From Candidatus Heimdallarchaeota archaeon (lineage in GTDB: Archaea > Asgardarchaeota > Heimdallarchaeia > Heimdallarchaeales > Heimdallarchaeaceae): 64,000 bases of DNA. A program made the translations under genes and the position numbers. Of this stretch, positions 1 to 9,883 are shown one piece after another. Position 1 is the first letter of the stretch; every line of letters starts with the position of its first letter. The stretch covers positions 128,001 to 192,000 of the forward strand of contig JAAFKI010000112.1 of assembly GCA_021399345.1 (NCBI GenBank), read 5' to 3'. The notes under the pieces were generated by a model that was not told where the DNA came from, did no database searches, and was given only the letters and a program-made list of their open reading frames with translations.

Positions 1-2
1 TA

Positions 3-1190
3 TCGTATGATATTGATAATGATGGACACCAGGAGATTCTTCAATTACTCTACTATGGGCTAGCTGTATATAATGTAACAGAATCTATCAATCTAGAATT
101 CTACTTTGATGCTGGAAGTAATTATATAGGATCACCAGCAATTGCTGACATAGATGGGGATAATGAAGTAGAAATCATAATCATGAACACCATTTATGCA
201 TATATTCTTGAACATGATGGAGAAGTTCTTGAACAAATACCAAATTGGATCACAACCGCTAACAAAGTATCACCGATAGTATATGATATTGATAGGGATA
301 ATGAAATTGAGATCGTACATTTATCATTAGGGGGAGTGATTTTGATTAAGGAAACTAATGATTTTGGAATAGCCCCTTGGGTTTATCCTTTAGGCTCGCC
401 AACTCACACATCAAATACCGATTTAGATGAAGATGGATTATTAGATTTTGAAGAAGAGATAATAGGTACAGATGTGAATAACAGTGACACAGATGGTGAT
501 ACAGTGCTAGATGGTCTAGAGGTTAATCAATATGTGCTGAATCCACAAGTTCCGGATACAGACTGGGACAGTGACAGTGATGGGTTGACAAATATTGATG
601 AAATTGATGTATACCTAACAAACCCGTTGAACCCAGATTCAGATTTTGATACTTTAAACGATGGGGATGAGATTTATGTTTATTTTACCAGCCCATTTTC
701 TTCAGATTCCGACGAAGATGGAATGCCAGATAACTATGAAATCCTATATGAAAGTCACGACCCGAATGATCCTTCTGATGCACAAGAAGACCCAGATAAT
801 GACAATCTGATAAATCTAGATGAGAGAGCTATGGGGACTCATCCTGAAGATCCTGACACAGATGGTGATTCTTTACTCGATGGGGATGAGATAAATCGGT
901 ATTATACTAATCCTCTCCAACCCGATGCTAATTTCGATATGGATGGCGATGGTTTAACCAATGTTGAGGAAGTTGACATCTACGGTACTAATCCTGGTGA
1001 TCCAGACAGTGATCAAGATGGTTATACTGACAAAGAAGAGATTAACGCCAAATCTGATCCTCTTGATCCCAACAGCATTCCTAAAGAAAGATCCAACAAT
1101 TGGATGTATAGTTTCATTGCCATTGTACCTATTGTTATTCTTACTCCCATTTATGTTCGCAGATTATATTCAAGAAGGCTATTGAAATGA
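3..1190 (+). CDS. Cell-surface protein with FG-GAP-like and Ca-binding TSP3-like (DxDxDG) repeats and a C-terminal membrane anchor; 5'-partial
   Basis: Frame is open from base 3 (SYDIDNDGHQEI...SPAIADIDGDNEVEII). About 10 repeats of type D(T/S)DGDGLxDxxE...TxPxxPD follow, then a hydrophobic helix and basic tail (FIAIVPIVILTPIYVRR). Confidence 0.8.
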   Translation, partial: SYDIDNDGHQEILQLLYYGLAVYNVTESINLEFYFDAGSNYIGSPAIADIDGDNEVEIIIMNTIYAYILEHDGEVLEQIPNWITTANKVSPIVYDIDRDNEIEIVHLSLGGVILIKETNDFGIAPWVYPLGSPTHTSNTDLDEDGLLDFEEEIIGTDVNNSDTDGDTVLDGLEVNQYVLNPQVPDTDWDSDSDGLTNIDEIDVYLTNPLNPDSDFDTLNDGDEIYVYFTSPFSSDSDEDGMPDNYEILYESHDPNDPSDAQEDPDNDNLINLDERAMGTHPEDPDTDGDSLLDGDEINRYYTNPLQPDANFDMDGDGLTNVEEVDIYGTNPGDPDSDQDGYTDKEEINAKSDPLDPNSIPKERSNNWMYSFIAIVPIVILTPIYVRRLYSRRLLK

Positions 1191-1621
1191 GATGTCCTTA
1201 TTGCGGTTATACCAAAACTGTAAACAAAGAAGGTAAAATACGTGTTTTTACTTGTCCTCGATGTGATTATTTATTTGAAGAACCCCTTAGTAAAGTACTT
1301 CTAGAAAAAGTTCTTTCTGTGCCTTTCTCCAGTTTGATTTATACGCCTCTTTTACTAGTAATAAATTATTACTTTACTCAATTAATCTACAGTGAAAGCA
1401 GTCCTTTATCTTCTGGAGCATTACTGATGTTTCTTATCTTATTAACCGCCATAGTATTGCTTCTTGTGTTCTATATCACAGCGGGAGGAAGCTCTAGGAT
1501 TTTCATTGTTAAACCAACAGAGAATAGAAACTTGATCAAGCAACTAATGGATATTAATTCACTTGTTAAGATTTCAGTTTTTCTGATTATATCCTCCATT
1601 TTTGCTGGAATTTACTTTTGA
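1187..1621 (+). CDS. Zinc-ribbon membrane protein
   Basis: CPYC...CPRC at the N-terminus, about 3 hydrophobic helices, ATGA overlap with the upstream gene. Confidence 0.7.
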   Translation: MRCPYCGYTKTVNKEGKIRVFTCPRCDYLFEEPLSKVLLEKVLSVPFSSLIYTPLLLVINYYFTQLIYSESSPLSSGALLMFLILLTAIVLLLVFYITAGGSSRIFIVKPTENRNLIKQLMDINSLVKISVFLIISSIFAGIYF

Positions 1622-1749
1622 TATAGAATGAATTATATACCAACCCATTTGTTCTTTTCAACTTTATAGAGTATAGCTTTATTGGATATAGAACAACATA
1701 CTACACCAACTTAGTTAACTGACAAATAATTTTGTTTTTCGAGTTAGTT

Positions 1750-1773
1750 AAAAAGAAAAAGAAAAAGAAAAAG
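1750..1773 (-). terminator. U-tract terminator (reads TTTTTC repeats on - strand) downstream of the SBP gene
   Basis: (AAAAAG)x4 on +, about 12 nt past the stop of 1785..3716; archaeal terminators are oligo-T tracts. Confidence 0.55.
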
Positions 1774-1784
1774 GGAATTAAAAC

Positions 1785-3716
1785 TTATTTCCTTTTGCGG
1801 AAGAATGCAATAAATGCGGCAGCACCTATAGCAGCAATTATTCCAAAGACTGGGAACGGAGTTCTCTCAGGTATTGGATATCCAGCAGCTTCTAACCATT
1901 CGAATGAAGCGTCAATGTCATAATTGTACTTGACGATATCATTGAAGTAGAAGTATGCTTGAGAGGGATATACTACGCTATGAGCGACTTGATATTCACC
2001 GTCATGAATGACAGCGTTAATCTCATCTCTGTTAATAGCATAATTTATTGCTTTTCTAACGGCTACACCTACAGTATATTCTTCTTTACCAGATTCAGAC
2101 AAGTAATCAAAGTTATCAACACCACCGATAAATGGTCTACGAAGATTGTAGAACATAAAAGTCAATGATGAACCGACATAAGTTTGTACTTGGAACTTAG
2201 CGTCTGCTTGCATTTGCTTTCTTTCAGCTGGGAATTCACCTAGACCAACAACGTCTAGTTTTCCTGCTTTGAATTCAGCAAGTGCAGCAGAACTATCTGG
2301 AATTACACGCACGTTAATGTTTTTAACGAATGGAGTCATACCAGTTGTTCCGTCGATTGCACCTTTGCCATACCAGCCATCCCATCTTTCCATTACAGTT
2401 ACAGAGCTTTTGATGGAGTAGTCTAAACTATATTTACCACAACCAAAAGCTGAGGTACTGAAAGCTACCCATTGATCTGTTAAGATCATATTGGCGTATA
2501 AACCGGTTGTTTCAACACCACCTTCTGTGTAAGTAACGGTTGGGTCTGTGGAGTTTAAGAAGAACTCAGGTAAGACATACCATGGGAGCATAGCCCACAT
2601 GTCAGCAAATGGTTCGATTTCTACAGAATCTGGGTCACCATCTATATGGACGTGGAAGGATAACTCATCAAGTGGGTCTACATATATGTCAGATATCCAC
2701 TCATGATAGCTTGTACTTTCACTTATTACTTTATTAGCCCAAGCGACATATGTGAAAACTGCATCTTTTGCAGTAACCTGTTGGTTAGTTCCATCACTGT
2801 ATTCTCCATTCTTCAAACCGACCATTAATTCACCAGTTGGAATGTCTGCTAATGGATCAGAATTTGCATCTCTATCTGTAGAGTTGTAAGATGGGTTCCA
2901 ATAGATATCGTCCATCATCCAGAATTGGTAATGGGTTTCATCAATTTGATCCCAATCATATACGAGTCCTGTCTTCAATGGAGCATAGTCTGGGTTCATT
3001 TGAACAATTGGTTCCATCATCAAACCATAAATGAATGAACTGGAGGCATCATCTGAGAATAATGGATTTAGCTCTTTCCAATTTGCATCTGCATCGTTGT
3101 ATTCGTCAAGACTGTCTTGACCATCATGATAACCAGCATAGCTCATGTATGGTAGGGAATCAGATAATCCCCAACGGGAATCATAACCTAGTGTATTAGC
3201 CCATAGACCAACATATGATCTGGAAGAGTATAATGGTAGAATTGGAATAATTTTGTCCATCATTAACTGTTGCCAATCATAAAGTAATGCTTGTCTTTCT
3301 ACTGGGTCTACTAAGGTTACACTTAGATCCTGCATAATTTCAGATTGGTTACCATATGGTAAATCTGGACCTAACCCGAATATGTTCAATGAACCGTCTT
3401 CCATCCAAACATCTCTTGCGCCTGGAGTAGCACCACCACCAGTTAATGTGACGACACCTAGATCGTAGTTGTGTGTTAGAAATAGTGTTCCTAGGAATAC
3501 TACCCATTCTTCTACTTTGACTTCAACCTCAATACCTATATCTCGCAAGTATTGTGCAATGTACAATCCATAATCAGGCCTTACTCCACCGCCGTTTGTT
3601 TTAAATGTTAAATTTGCGATGGGTTCTTGGGCTTGAAGAGTATTTGCATTAAATGCACTCATCACGATCAAGCTAGAGAGAATAAAAATTGCGAAAATTA
3701 TTGGTTTTTTCTTCAT
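1785..3716 (-). CDS. ABC transporter family-5 (peptide/nickel) solute-binding protein, circularly permuted, C-terminally anchored
   Basis: Signal peptide; family motifs IAQYLRDIGIEV, ERQALLYDWQQ..IPILPL, ELNP, VTAKDAVFTY, GCGKY, IPDSSAALAEFKAGKLD, VRKAINYAINR, YDIDASFEWLEAAG; tail TPFP-TM-RKRK; GGTGA SD. Confidence 0.85.
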   Translation of the reverse strand: MKKKPIIFAIFILSSLIVMSAFNANTLQAQEPIANLTFKTNGGGVRPDYGLYIAQYLRDIGIEVEVKVEEWVVFLGTLFLTHNYDLGVVTLTGGGATPGARDVWMEDGSLNIFGLGPDLPYGNQSEIMQDLSVTLVDPVERQALLYDWQQLMMDKIIPILPLYSSRSYVGLWANTLGYDSRWGLSDSLPYMSYAGYHDGQDSLDEYNDADANWKELNPLFSDDASSSFIYGLMMEPIVQMNPDYAPLKTGLVYDWDQIDETHYQFWMMDDIYWNPSYNSTDRDANSDPLADIPTGELMVGLKNGEYSDGTNQQVTAKDAVFTYVAWANKVISESTSYHEWISDIYVDPLDELSFHVHIDGDPDSVEIEPFADMWAMLPWYVLPEFFLNSTDPTVTYTEGGVETTGLYANMILTDQWVAFSTSAFGCGKYSLDYSIKSSVTVMERWDGWYGKGAIDGTTGMTPFVKNINVRVIPDSSAALAEFKAGKLDVVGLGEFPAERKQMQADAKFQVQTYVGSSLTFMFYNLRRPFIGGVDNFDYLSESGKEEYTVGVAVRKAINYAINRDEINAVIHDGEYQVAHSVVYPSQAYFYFNDIVKYNYDIDASFEWLEAAGYPIPERTPFPVFGIIAAIGAAAFIAFFRKRK

Positions 3717-3733
3717 TTTAAGCTCACCTTATT

Positions 3734-4993
3734 TTATTTTCTACGACGCACAAAATATAGCATCGATGCTAGCCCGAGTATTGAGACACTTATAAGTATG
3801 CCGAATCCCAAACCAGTTGATTCTGGTAGTTCGCCAATCCATATGTGGAATATTGCTAAGTCTACTTGTAATCTTGGTGCGGCGTGTCCGTAATCTAGTG
3901 CGATATCATCTGCTGCGAATCCGTATACGAGGAAGTATACATAGTTCTGTCCTACGTTCAATCCAGGTAGTGTATTAGTATGAGATATCAATCCTTTATC
4001 GTTCTCGTAACTGTCTCTGGTAGCATTGTAAAATACATTGTCCATAGCTATGTTTGCACTTCCATTCCATATTACTCCAGGATTGTTATTTACTACCCAC
4101 ATAGTTGTCATTGGCCCCATTTCATAGATACTGTCAATAACAACACCATATATATTGGGTACAAGATTCAGATTTGTATCTGAAGCGTTGAAGTTAGCTT
4201 CTATGCTAGCAGTTACATTTGTTCCTTCTATACCTTCGTCTACCTCTGAGTATTGTGTTGCAAATACTGCTTCGGCAACTGGTCTTGGAGCGTCTAACCA
4301 ATTTGTAATATTGTATCCTTGAGAAGGCAAATCTTCGGAAGCGACTGCGTTAGCTGTAACATTTACATTATTGAAGTATGCTGTTTCTACTAACGTTGGA
4401 ATTATATCTTTGTTTTCTCCGACATAGAATCTCTTCGAATCATGAGAATATTCCCAATGCCAACTTGTGTGATTTGCATCAGATACCAATTCCGCTGCGG
4501 TTATTGTTAGATAGTGCCAACCTATATCCATTTGTAATGGAATATCTTGATAGGTTCCTCTATCTGCTCCAACGTCAAAGTTGCTCATACCCATATCATA
4601 TCCATCGAGTAAAACATCCATTGTTCCTGTAAATCGAGTTGAATTGTAAAGATCGGTTCCTGTGTAACCGGCTGTCCAGTTATTTTGGTCTTCAAAGAAC
4701 CATGCATCAGTTTGGAGACCACCACCTAGGGCAACGGCTCCGAACCAAGCTTCAATTGCAACATCGTAGGAAAATGAAAAACTTATGACATCGTTTTGAC
4801 CGAAGACGGAATTGTCATCTAAGAATCTCTCGTCAAATTCAACCCAACAATAGCCCATATCTATATAAGCTGATGGTACGTAGTTGATTGTGACGTCTAC
4901 TTTGTTGTCGTCAGTTGCTGCATTTGATAAAGCAACAAATCCGACAGTAGATACTACAAAAAGGAAAATTAAAATTAGTCCTTTCTTATTCAT
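3734..4993 (-). CDS. Secreted acidic surface protein with C-terminal TM and basic sorting-like tail
   Basis: Signal peptide, many NxS/T sequons, tail STGLGFGILISVSILGLASMLYFVRRRK, GGTGA SD; 17 bp upstream of the SBP gene. Confidence 0.75.
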   Translation of the reverse strand: MNKKGLILIFLFVVSTVGFVALSNAATDDNKVDVTINYVPSAYIDMGYCWVEFDERFLDDNSVFGQNDVISFSFSYDVAIEAWFGAVALGGGLQTDAWFFEDQNNWTAGYTGTDLYNSTRFTGTMDVLLDGYDMGMSNFDVGADRGTYQDIPLQMDIGWHYLTITAAELVSDANHTSWHWEYSHDSKRFYVGENKDIIPTLVETAYFNNVNVTANAVASEDLPSQGYNITNWLDAPRPVAEAVFATQYSEVDEGIEGTNVTASIEANFNASDTNLNLVPNIYGVVIDSIYEMGPMTTMWVVNNNPGVIWNGSANIAMDNVFYNATRDSYENDKGLISHTNTLPGLNVGQNYVYFLVYGFAADDIALDYGHAAPRLQVDLAIFHIWIGELPESTGLGFGILISVSILGLASMLYFVRRRK

Positions 4994-5188
4994 TTTTTAT
5001 TTCACCTTTGCTTACATCGTTGTAAGCAAATAATTCAACCAATATATAATATAAAAGTATTATGCAATAATATACACTATTAACATATGGTGAGTTGAAT
5101 TTTGAATCTCAAAAAACAAATAATTGCTCAAGAAGGTATTCACAGAACGTTATGCTTCAATCTATGTAAGTAAGCTCTTTTACTTGAC

Positions 5189-5926
5189 TTATTTCAAGTT
5201 GTTAATTATTTTTTTCACTTCATTCAAATCATTGTGAAGGTTGAACATTTTGTTTTCCAGTTCTTCTAGCATTTGTACAATCTTCCCTATTGACTCATCA
5301 GTTTTGGTTGATTCAGTTTTAGTTTTTTGTTCAATTTCAGGAGTTTTCTCGATTTCCTGTACTTCCATCTGCTCCTCCTTTTTATCATCACCGATAATTA
5401 GTCTTCTACTCATATTTTCAAAAAGCTCAATAATATTTTCTCCAGTTAATGCAGATGTTTCATATAATTCTACTGGGAAATTCAGCGATTCCCTGAACTG
5501 CTCAGCTATAGTTTCTATGTCTTCAGGTTGTACTAATCTATCATCTTCGAGGTCTATTTTATTTCCAATAAGATAGATGTTTTTGAGAGAGTTCTTTGAA
5601 TAATTTGATGCCTCTTGTGCCCATTTGTAGCAATTTTCTAAAGATTTAGGATTAGTTACATCAAACACTACAAGTGCACATTTACATCCATGGTAGAAGG
5701 ATGATCTCATTCCATGAAAGATTGATTGTCCTGCAAGATCCCATATTGTTAGAAGTACAGATTCTCCTTCAACAACCACTTTCTGAGCTGCGAAATCAGC
5801 ACCAAGAGTCTTGAGATAATCAGCTCGGAATGACTTTCCCATATATTTTCTGCGAATTGATGTCTTGCCAACCTCTGGATCGCCAATCAAAACAATTTTG
5901 TATGCTCTTTTGGGTTCAAGTGACAT
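5189..5926 (-). CDS. Rab-like small GTPase with C-terminal coiled-coil extension
   Basis: G1 GDPEVGKTS, G2 TLG, G3 WDLAGQ, G4 NKID, G5 TSA; extra ~65 aa ending in heptads (IVQMLEELENKMFNLHNDLNEVKKII). Confidence 0.9.
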   Translation of the reverse strand: MSLEPKRAYKIVLIGDPEVGKTSIRRKYMGKSFRADYLKTLGADFAAQKVVVEGESVLLTIWDLAGQSIFHGMRSSFYHGCKCALVVFDVTNPKSLENCYKWAQEASNYSKNSLKNIYLIGNKIDLEDDRLVQPEDIETIAEQFRESLNFPVELYETSALTGENIIELFENMSRRLIIGDDKKEEQMEVQEIEKTPEIEQKTKTESTKTDESIGKIVQMLEELENKMFNLHNDLNEVKKIINNLK

Positions 5927-6020
5927 ACTATCCCTGCCTTATTTCTTGTTACTTTATTTTAATTCTTTTGTAAATATTATTTGCAAATATATAAGTTAAG
6001 CTGAATCAATTTGCTTTATC

Positions 6021-7373
6021 TCAGCTTTTATTAATCAATTGAGAATACAACCTAAAATAAAATTCTCTTACAACCTCTAAGCTGGATAGTTCTACATATT
6101 CGTTTGCTCCATGCACATTTCCTCCAAGCGGGCCAAATTCTATTGAAGGAACCCCTTTAGCACTAAACCATCTAGAATCTGTTGCTCCTCCCATTTCAAT
6201 CGGATAATCAGATAGTCCCATTTCTTTAGCTACTGCAATGCTTTTTTTAACAAGTGTTGAATCCTTTTTGGTATAAACTGGACCTATGCTCCCTTTTGTT
6301 TCAATTTCAGCATCTATAGTTGAAGAGCTAGCGAATTCCTCAAAATAAGTTCTTACATCATCTATTGTTTTGCTCATGATTCTCAGATCCATCTGACAGA
6401 GATGATAATCCTCTTCTTCGCGATAGTAGTTGAATGTCAAATTTATACCATAGTCACTAGGTGCTGAAGGTATATCAACCTCCTTAAACTTCGTAACCTT
6501 GAGTAAGAACTTAGTTAAATTTTGGTCGTATTCATATTCTTGTTCACTATTCTCGTCTGGGATGATATATTCAATGCTAATCTCGGAGGGTAGAACATTA
6601 TTTTTGACAAAATTGCCTTTTAAAGTTTGAACTACATATGAATTCTCTCTCAAGAAATCAGAAGCTTTATCCATACAATGAACGTCTATTTCTCTCATGA
6701 AATATGCAGCATGCATTGTTCTTTTTCCTGCTATATCTGTAACAAAAGTTTTGCTCGCCTTTCTTCCTTGAATTTTATATGATGTTTTTCTTAGCTTAAG
6801 ATTTGCTACATACGAATTTCTTCGTCTATTGACTACTTGAAGTCCATTTGCATCACCATTTATTACATAATCAGGAATAAGGTTGTTGCTCTCGAGATAC
6901 TTACTTGCTTCTTCTGCACCATTTTTCCCCCCCGATTCCTCATCTAGATTAATGAGATAAATTACAGACCCTTTTTCAGTATTCACAAAATCTTTAGCTA
7001 GACTAATCATGATTGAAACAGCACTTTTCATATCTGCTGTTCCTCTTCCATAGGCTTTATCTTCCTTAATTGTCATCTCAAATGGATCTGTGTTCCAACC
7101 TGGTCCCTCAGGAACAACATCACAATGTCCCAAGAATAAAATTTTAGGAGAACCCCTATCCAAATAAGAAATTAGAGAGGAGTATCCATTTTTTTCATAA
7201 AACAAATTCCTATACCCAAGAGGTTCCAAAAGATCGTCCCCTATAAAATGAAGGATTTCCTTTGAAGGAATTTTGTTTTCGATAGGATTGTTAACAGTAG
7301 GAAATGAAACTAATTTCTTTAAAATCTCAATATAAGATAACAAGCAAATTTCCTCGTTTCTTGATGATTTCAA
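6021..7373 (-). CDS. M20 family metallopeptidase/deacylase (ArgE/DapE-like); start uncertain
   Basis: GHCDVVP, YGRGTADMKS, DEESGG, GGATDSRWF, HGANE motifs. Confidence 0.85.
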   Translation of the reverse strand: MKSSRNEEICLLSYIEILKKLVSFPTVNNPIENKIPSKEILHFIGDDLLEPLGYRNLFYEKNGYSSLISYLDRGSPKILFLGHCDVVPEGPGWNTDPFEMTIKEDKAYGRGTADMKSAVSIMISLAKDFVNTEKGSVIYLINLDEESGGKNGAEEASKYLESNNLIPDYVINGDANGLQVVNRRRNSYVANLKLRKTSYKIQGRKASKTFVTDIAGKRTMHAAYFMREIDVHCMDKASDFLRENSYVVQTLKGNFVKNNVLPSEISIEYIIPDENSEQEYEYDQNLTKFLLKVTKFKEVDIPSAPSDYGINLTFNYYREEEDYHLCQMDLRIMSKTIDDVRTYFEEFASSSTIDAEIETKGSIGPVYTKKDSTLVKKSIAVAKEMGLSDYPIEMGGATDSRWFSAKGVPSIEFGPLGGNVHGANEYVELSSLEVVREFYFRLYSQLINKS

Positions 7374-7438
7374 CTATTTTTAAGATATTTGAAATTTCCC
7401 TATGAAATTATAAACAAAAGAAAAGGATTTCTTCTCAA

Positions 7439-8017
7439 CTAAGGAGCGATAATTAAAGGATTTTGATAAAAGGTGGATATTTTTCTTAGTTTTCCTCCTA
7501 ATTCTGACATGTAAGAATAATCAATAACTATATGGAAAGAAGTACCACTACTAATTTCTCCTTCATTCAAGTTCAAGTTTTCTACTTGGATTGTAAAAGA
7601 TGCATTAATGAAACCATATTGTAGTGTAAAACCAAAATACTCGTCATTCCATGGCTGTGATGTTCCAGTTATTAACCACGGGTTCAAATCATCCAAAACC
7701 TGCCCTGTTGGAAGAAGCATATCAAAGTCCTGAATGTAAATAGAGGGTGATTCTGCATCTAATGACAGATAGAAACTCATTGTATCGGACAAAGTATCTA
7801 TATCTGTGTCATTTATTATTAGGATGTTTAGAGAGATAGCAACGTCTTTTTCTTGAGGAGTATCTAGATAGCCGAATAAATCTACTACATCTACATTTAA
7901 CAGAATGGATCCAACTAAAGCACTTGCCCCCACAACGAGAGAGATAATAATTACACTGGCAAGAACCTCAGAAACACCTCTAGACGACTTACGTAATCTG
8001 TGAAACATCTGATACAC
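7439..8017 (-). CDS. Archaeal type IV pilin/archaellin-like protein (class III signal peptide)
   Basis: Basic leader RLRKSSRG|VSEVLASVIIISLVVG matches the prepilin peptidase site followed by a hydrophobic helix. Confidence 0.75.
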   Translation of the reverse strand: MYQMFHRLRKSSRGVSEVLASVIIISLVVGASALVGSILLNVDVVDLFGYLDTPQEKDVAISLNILIINDTDIDTLSDTMSFYLSLDAESPSIYIQDFDMLLPTGQVLDDLNPWLITGTSQPWNDEYFGFTLQYGFINASFTIQVENLNLNEGEISSGTSFHIVIDYSYMSELGGKLRKISTFYQNPLIIAP

Positions 8018-8134
8018 TCGATTCTACTTTGAATAGTATATGGCAAACGTAGTTTATAACTTTTGAGGATTCGGGCAACTGAAATTGTAGTTGTTTCAAC
8101 AGAAATGAACTAAAAAGACTTAATCGGTTCTGTT

Positions 8135-9802
8135 TTATTTGTTGAATAATTTTTTAATTCCTATAATTCCTTGTTTCAACTTATTGTAAAAACGAATCAG
8201 TACATTAATGAAGGACGATTTAGCTCTTTTGAGCCCAAATTTTGTTTGGGTATAAATATAAATTACATCAGTTTTTATCATTTTATAATTTCTTTCGTCA
8301 AATATGCTGAGATAAATAAAAGGAGGAAGTAATAGGCTTATAACCACAAATAGAATAAGTAAAAACAGTGGATGCAAATATCTGGATTTGGCAATAATTA
8401 TACAGTTAAAGTAATAGAATAAGGCACTCACAAGTATAAATGCGGTGCTTGTGATACCAAATAAAATTCTATTATTATCTGTCAGCGTATAATTTTCTTT
8501 ATCGGTAGAGAGTTCCATTTTTACATCTGACAGATGCTTGAATTTCTTGGGCTTAATTCTTTTAATCAGATTAGAACTTTTTTCTTCAATGAAAGTTAAT
8601 AAACTGAGTACAACAAATGGAGTAATAAATGCATTATAATATTTGTAAATCCCTCTTGAGATGAATAGATGAGTATTTATTATAATCCATGTAGCGAATA
8701 TAATTTGATAACTTTCATTTCCGCCTATTTTCTTTCCATTAAAGTAAGCAAAAACAGCTGTAAAACCATAAAAGAAGAGGAAGGGAATCATATATTTGTT
8801 AAGTACAAAATAGAACTTTGTTAGACTTAGGTTTCCAAGAAATAAGAAACTATTTGCCAAAGTAACAGTATAACCTAAATGTTCTAAATCAACAAATCCT
8901 AAAGGTTTTCCTGGTCCAAAAACTCTCCAAGTATATTCAACAGGTGTCATGACTAACCAAGGAAGAGAAAGAATTAAGGTTGAAAGTAGAAATGGGAAAA
9001 GAAAATCTCTAAATGCAGCTCGTAAGTCTATTTTCTTCCAAATTATTAGGAACCATGGTATCAGCAGAAATAAAGGCATTTGTTTTGATAACCATGCAAC
9101 TGAAAGAAAGAACCCTGTTAGTTTATACTTGTCTTTAATGAATAGTAACAAGCTAATCAGTGTAAAAAAAGTCATTTGTGGCGTATTCAAGAAAACTGAA
9201 TCAACATATAGAAGATTAATAGGCATCATAGAAAAAATTGCAGCCGCCAAGATTCCCAAAGCATGTTTTGTTGAAGTCTTCTCTTTAAATGTTTTAAGTG
9301 TAATCACAATCAAATAGACCATAACAACCGATAACGCATCAAAGACAATGTGTGTCCATTTTACTGATTCTACAATCATTTCAGGCTTATCAAGTTGAGG
9401 AAAAAATGAACTTACAAAAAGGGAGACAAAATATAATCCATAAATGAACATAGGACCATAAGCATATCCATTGAGTGGTCCTTCACCACCAGCATAAGGA
9501 TTCCAATTCTCATAGCGAAAAGATTCTAAATAAGGTTCATAATAATACGAGGCATCTGAATATGCCTCTAAATACCAAACTCTTACTACCTCTGTCCCTT
9601 CATAGTGTAACCAGTTAAATCCGGCACCATGAACCTTCCAATACCATTCTGAAATTAGATTCTTAACATAGAGGGAAAGTGCAAAAAGGAGAATTGAAAT
9701 TGAAATAATAGTGAGTATTTCATATAATTTCTTTTTGCTGATTCTCCTTTGACTGAATCTTTTGGTTTTGAAGTTTCTCAAAGTAGCCATTCTATTCACC
9801 AT
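8135..9802 (-). CDS. GT-C fold polytopic glycosyltransferase (GT87/PIG-M-like)
   Basis: First loop has SDASYYY...NPY...YAYGP; later LSKQMPLFL; more than 10 TM segments. Confidence 0.65.
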   Translation of the reverse strand: MVNRMATLRNFKTKRFSQRRISKKKLYEILTIISISILLFALSLYVKNLISEWYWKVHGAGFNWLHYEGTEVVRVWYLEAYSDASYYYEPYLESFRYENWNPYAGGEGPLNGYAYGPMFIYGLYFVSLFVSSFFPQLDKPEMIVESVKWTHIVFDALSVVMVYLIVITLKTFKEKTSTKHALGILAAAIFSMMPINLLYVDSVFLNTPQMTFFTLISLLLFIKDKYKLTGFFLSVAWLSKQMPLFLLIPWFLIIWKKIDLRAAFRDFLFPFLLSTLILSLPWLVMTPVEYTWRVFGPGKPLGFVDLEHLGYTVTLANSFLFLGNLSLTKFYFVLNKYMIPFLFFYGFTAVFAYFNGKKIGGNESYQIIFATWIIINTHLFISRGIYKYYNAFITPFVVLSLLTFIEEKSSNLIKRIKPKKFKHLSDVKMELSTDKENYTLTDNNRILFGITSTAFILVSALFYYFNCIIIAKSRYLHPLFLLILFVVISLLLPPFIYLSIFDERNYKMIKTDVIYIYTQTKFGLKRAKSSFINVLIRFYNKLKQGIIGIKKLFNK

Positions 9803-9883
9803 TAAGTCGCGGTATAGGTTCTTGAATGTATAATTATTTAAAACATTTAATATTTTCCTCTATGGAATCTTATCATATTATAA

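Noticed and set aside
420-1080. Recurrent gatggtgat/gatcc-like DNA motifs suggesting a repeat array
   Set aside because: Explained by DxDxDG protein repeats; the codons are degenerate and there is no fixed repeat-spacer structure.
1732-1923. ORF with a poly-Lys run and the (AAAAAG)x4 repeat
   Set aside because: It is the antisense reading of the SBP 3' end and its T-tract terminator; the repeat has no spacers, so it is not CRISPR.
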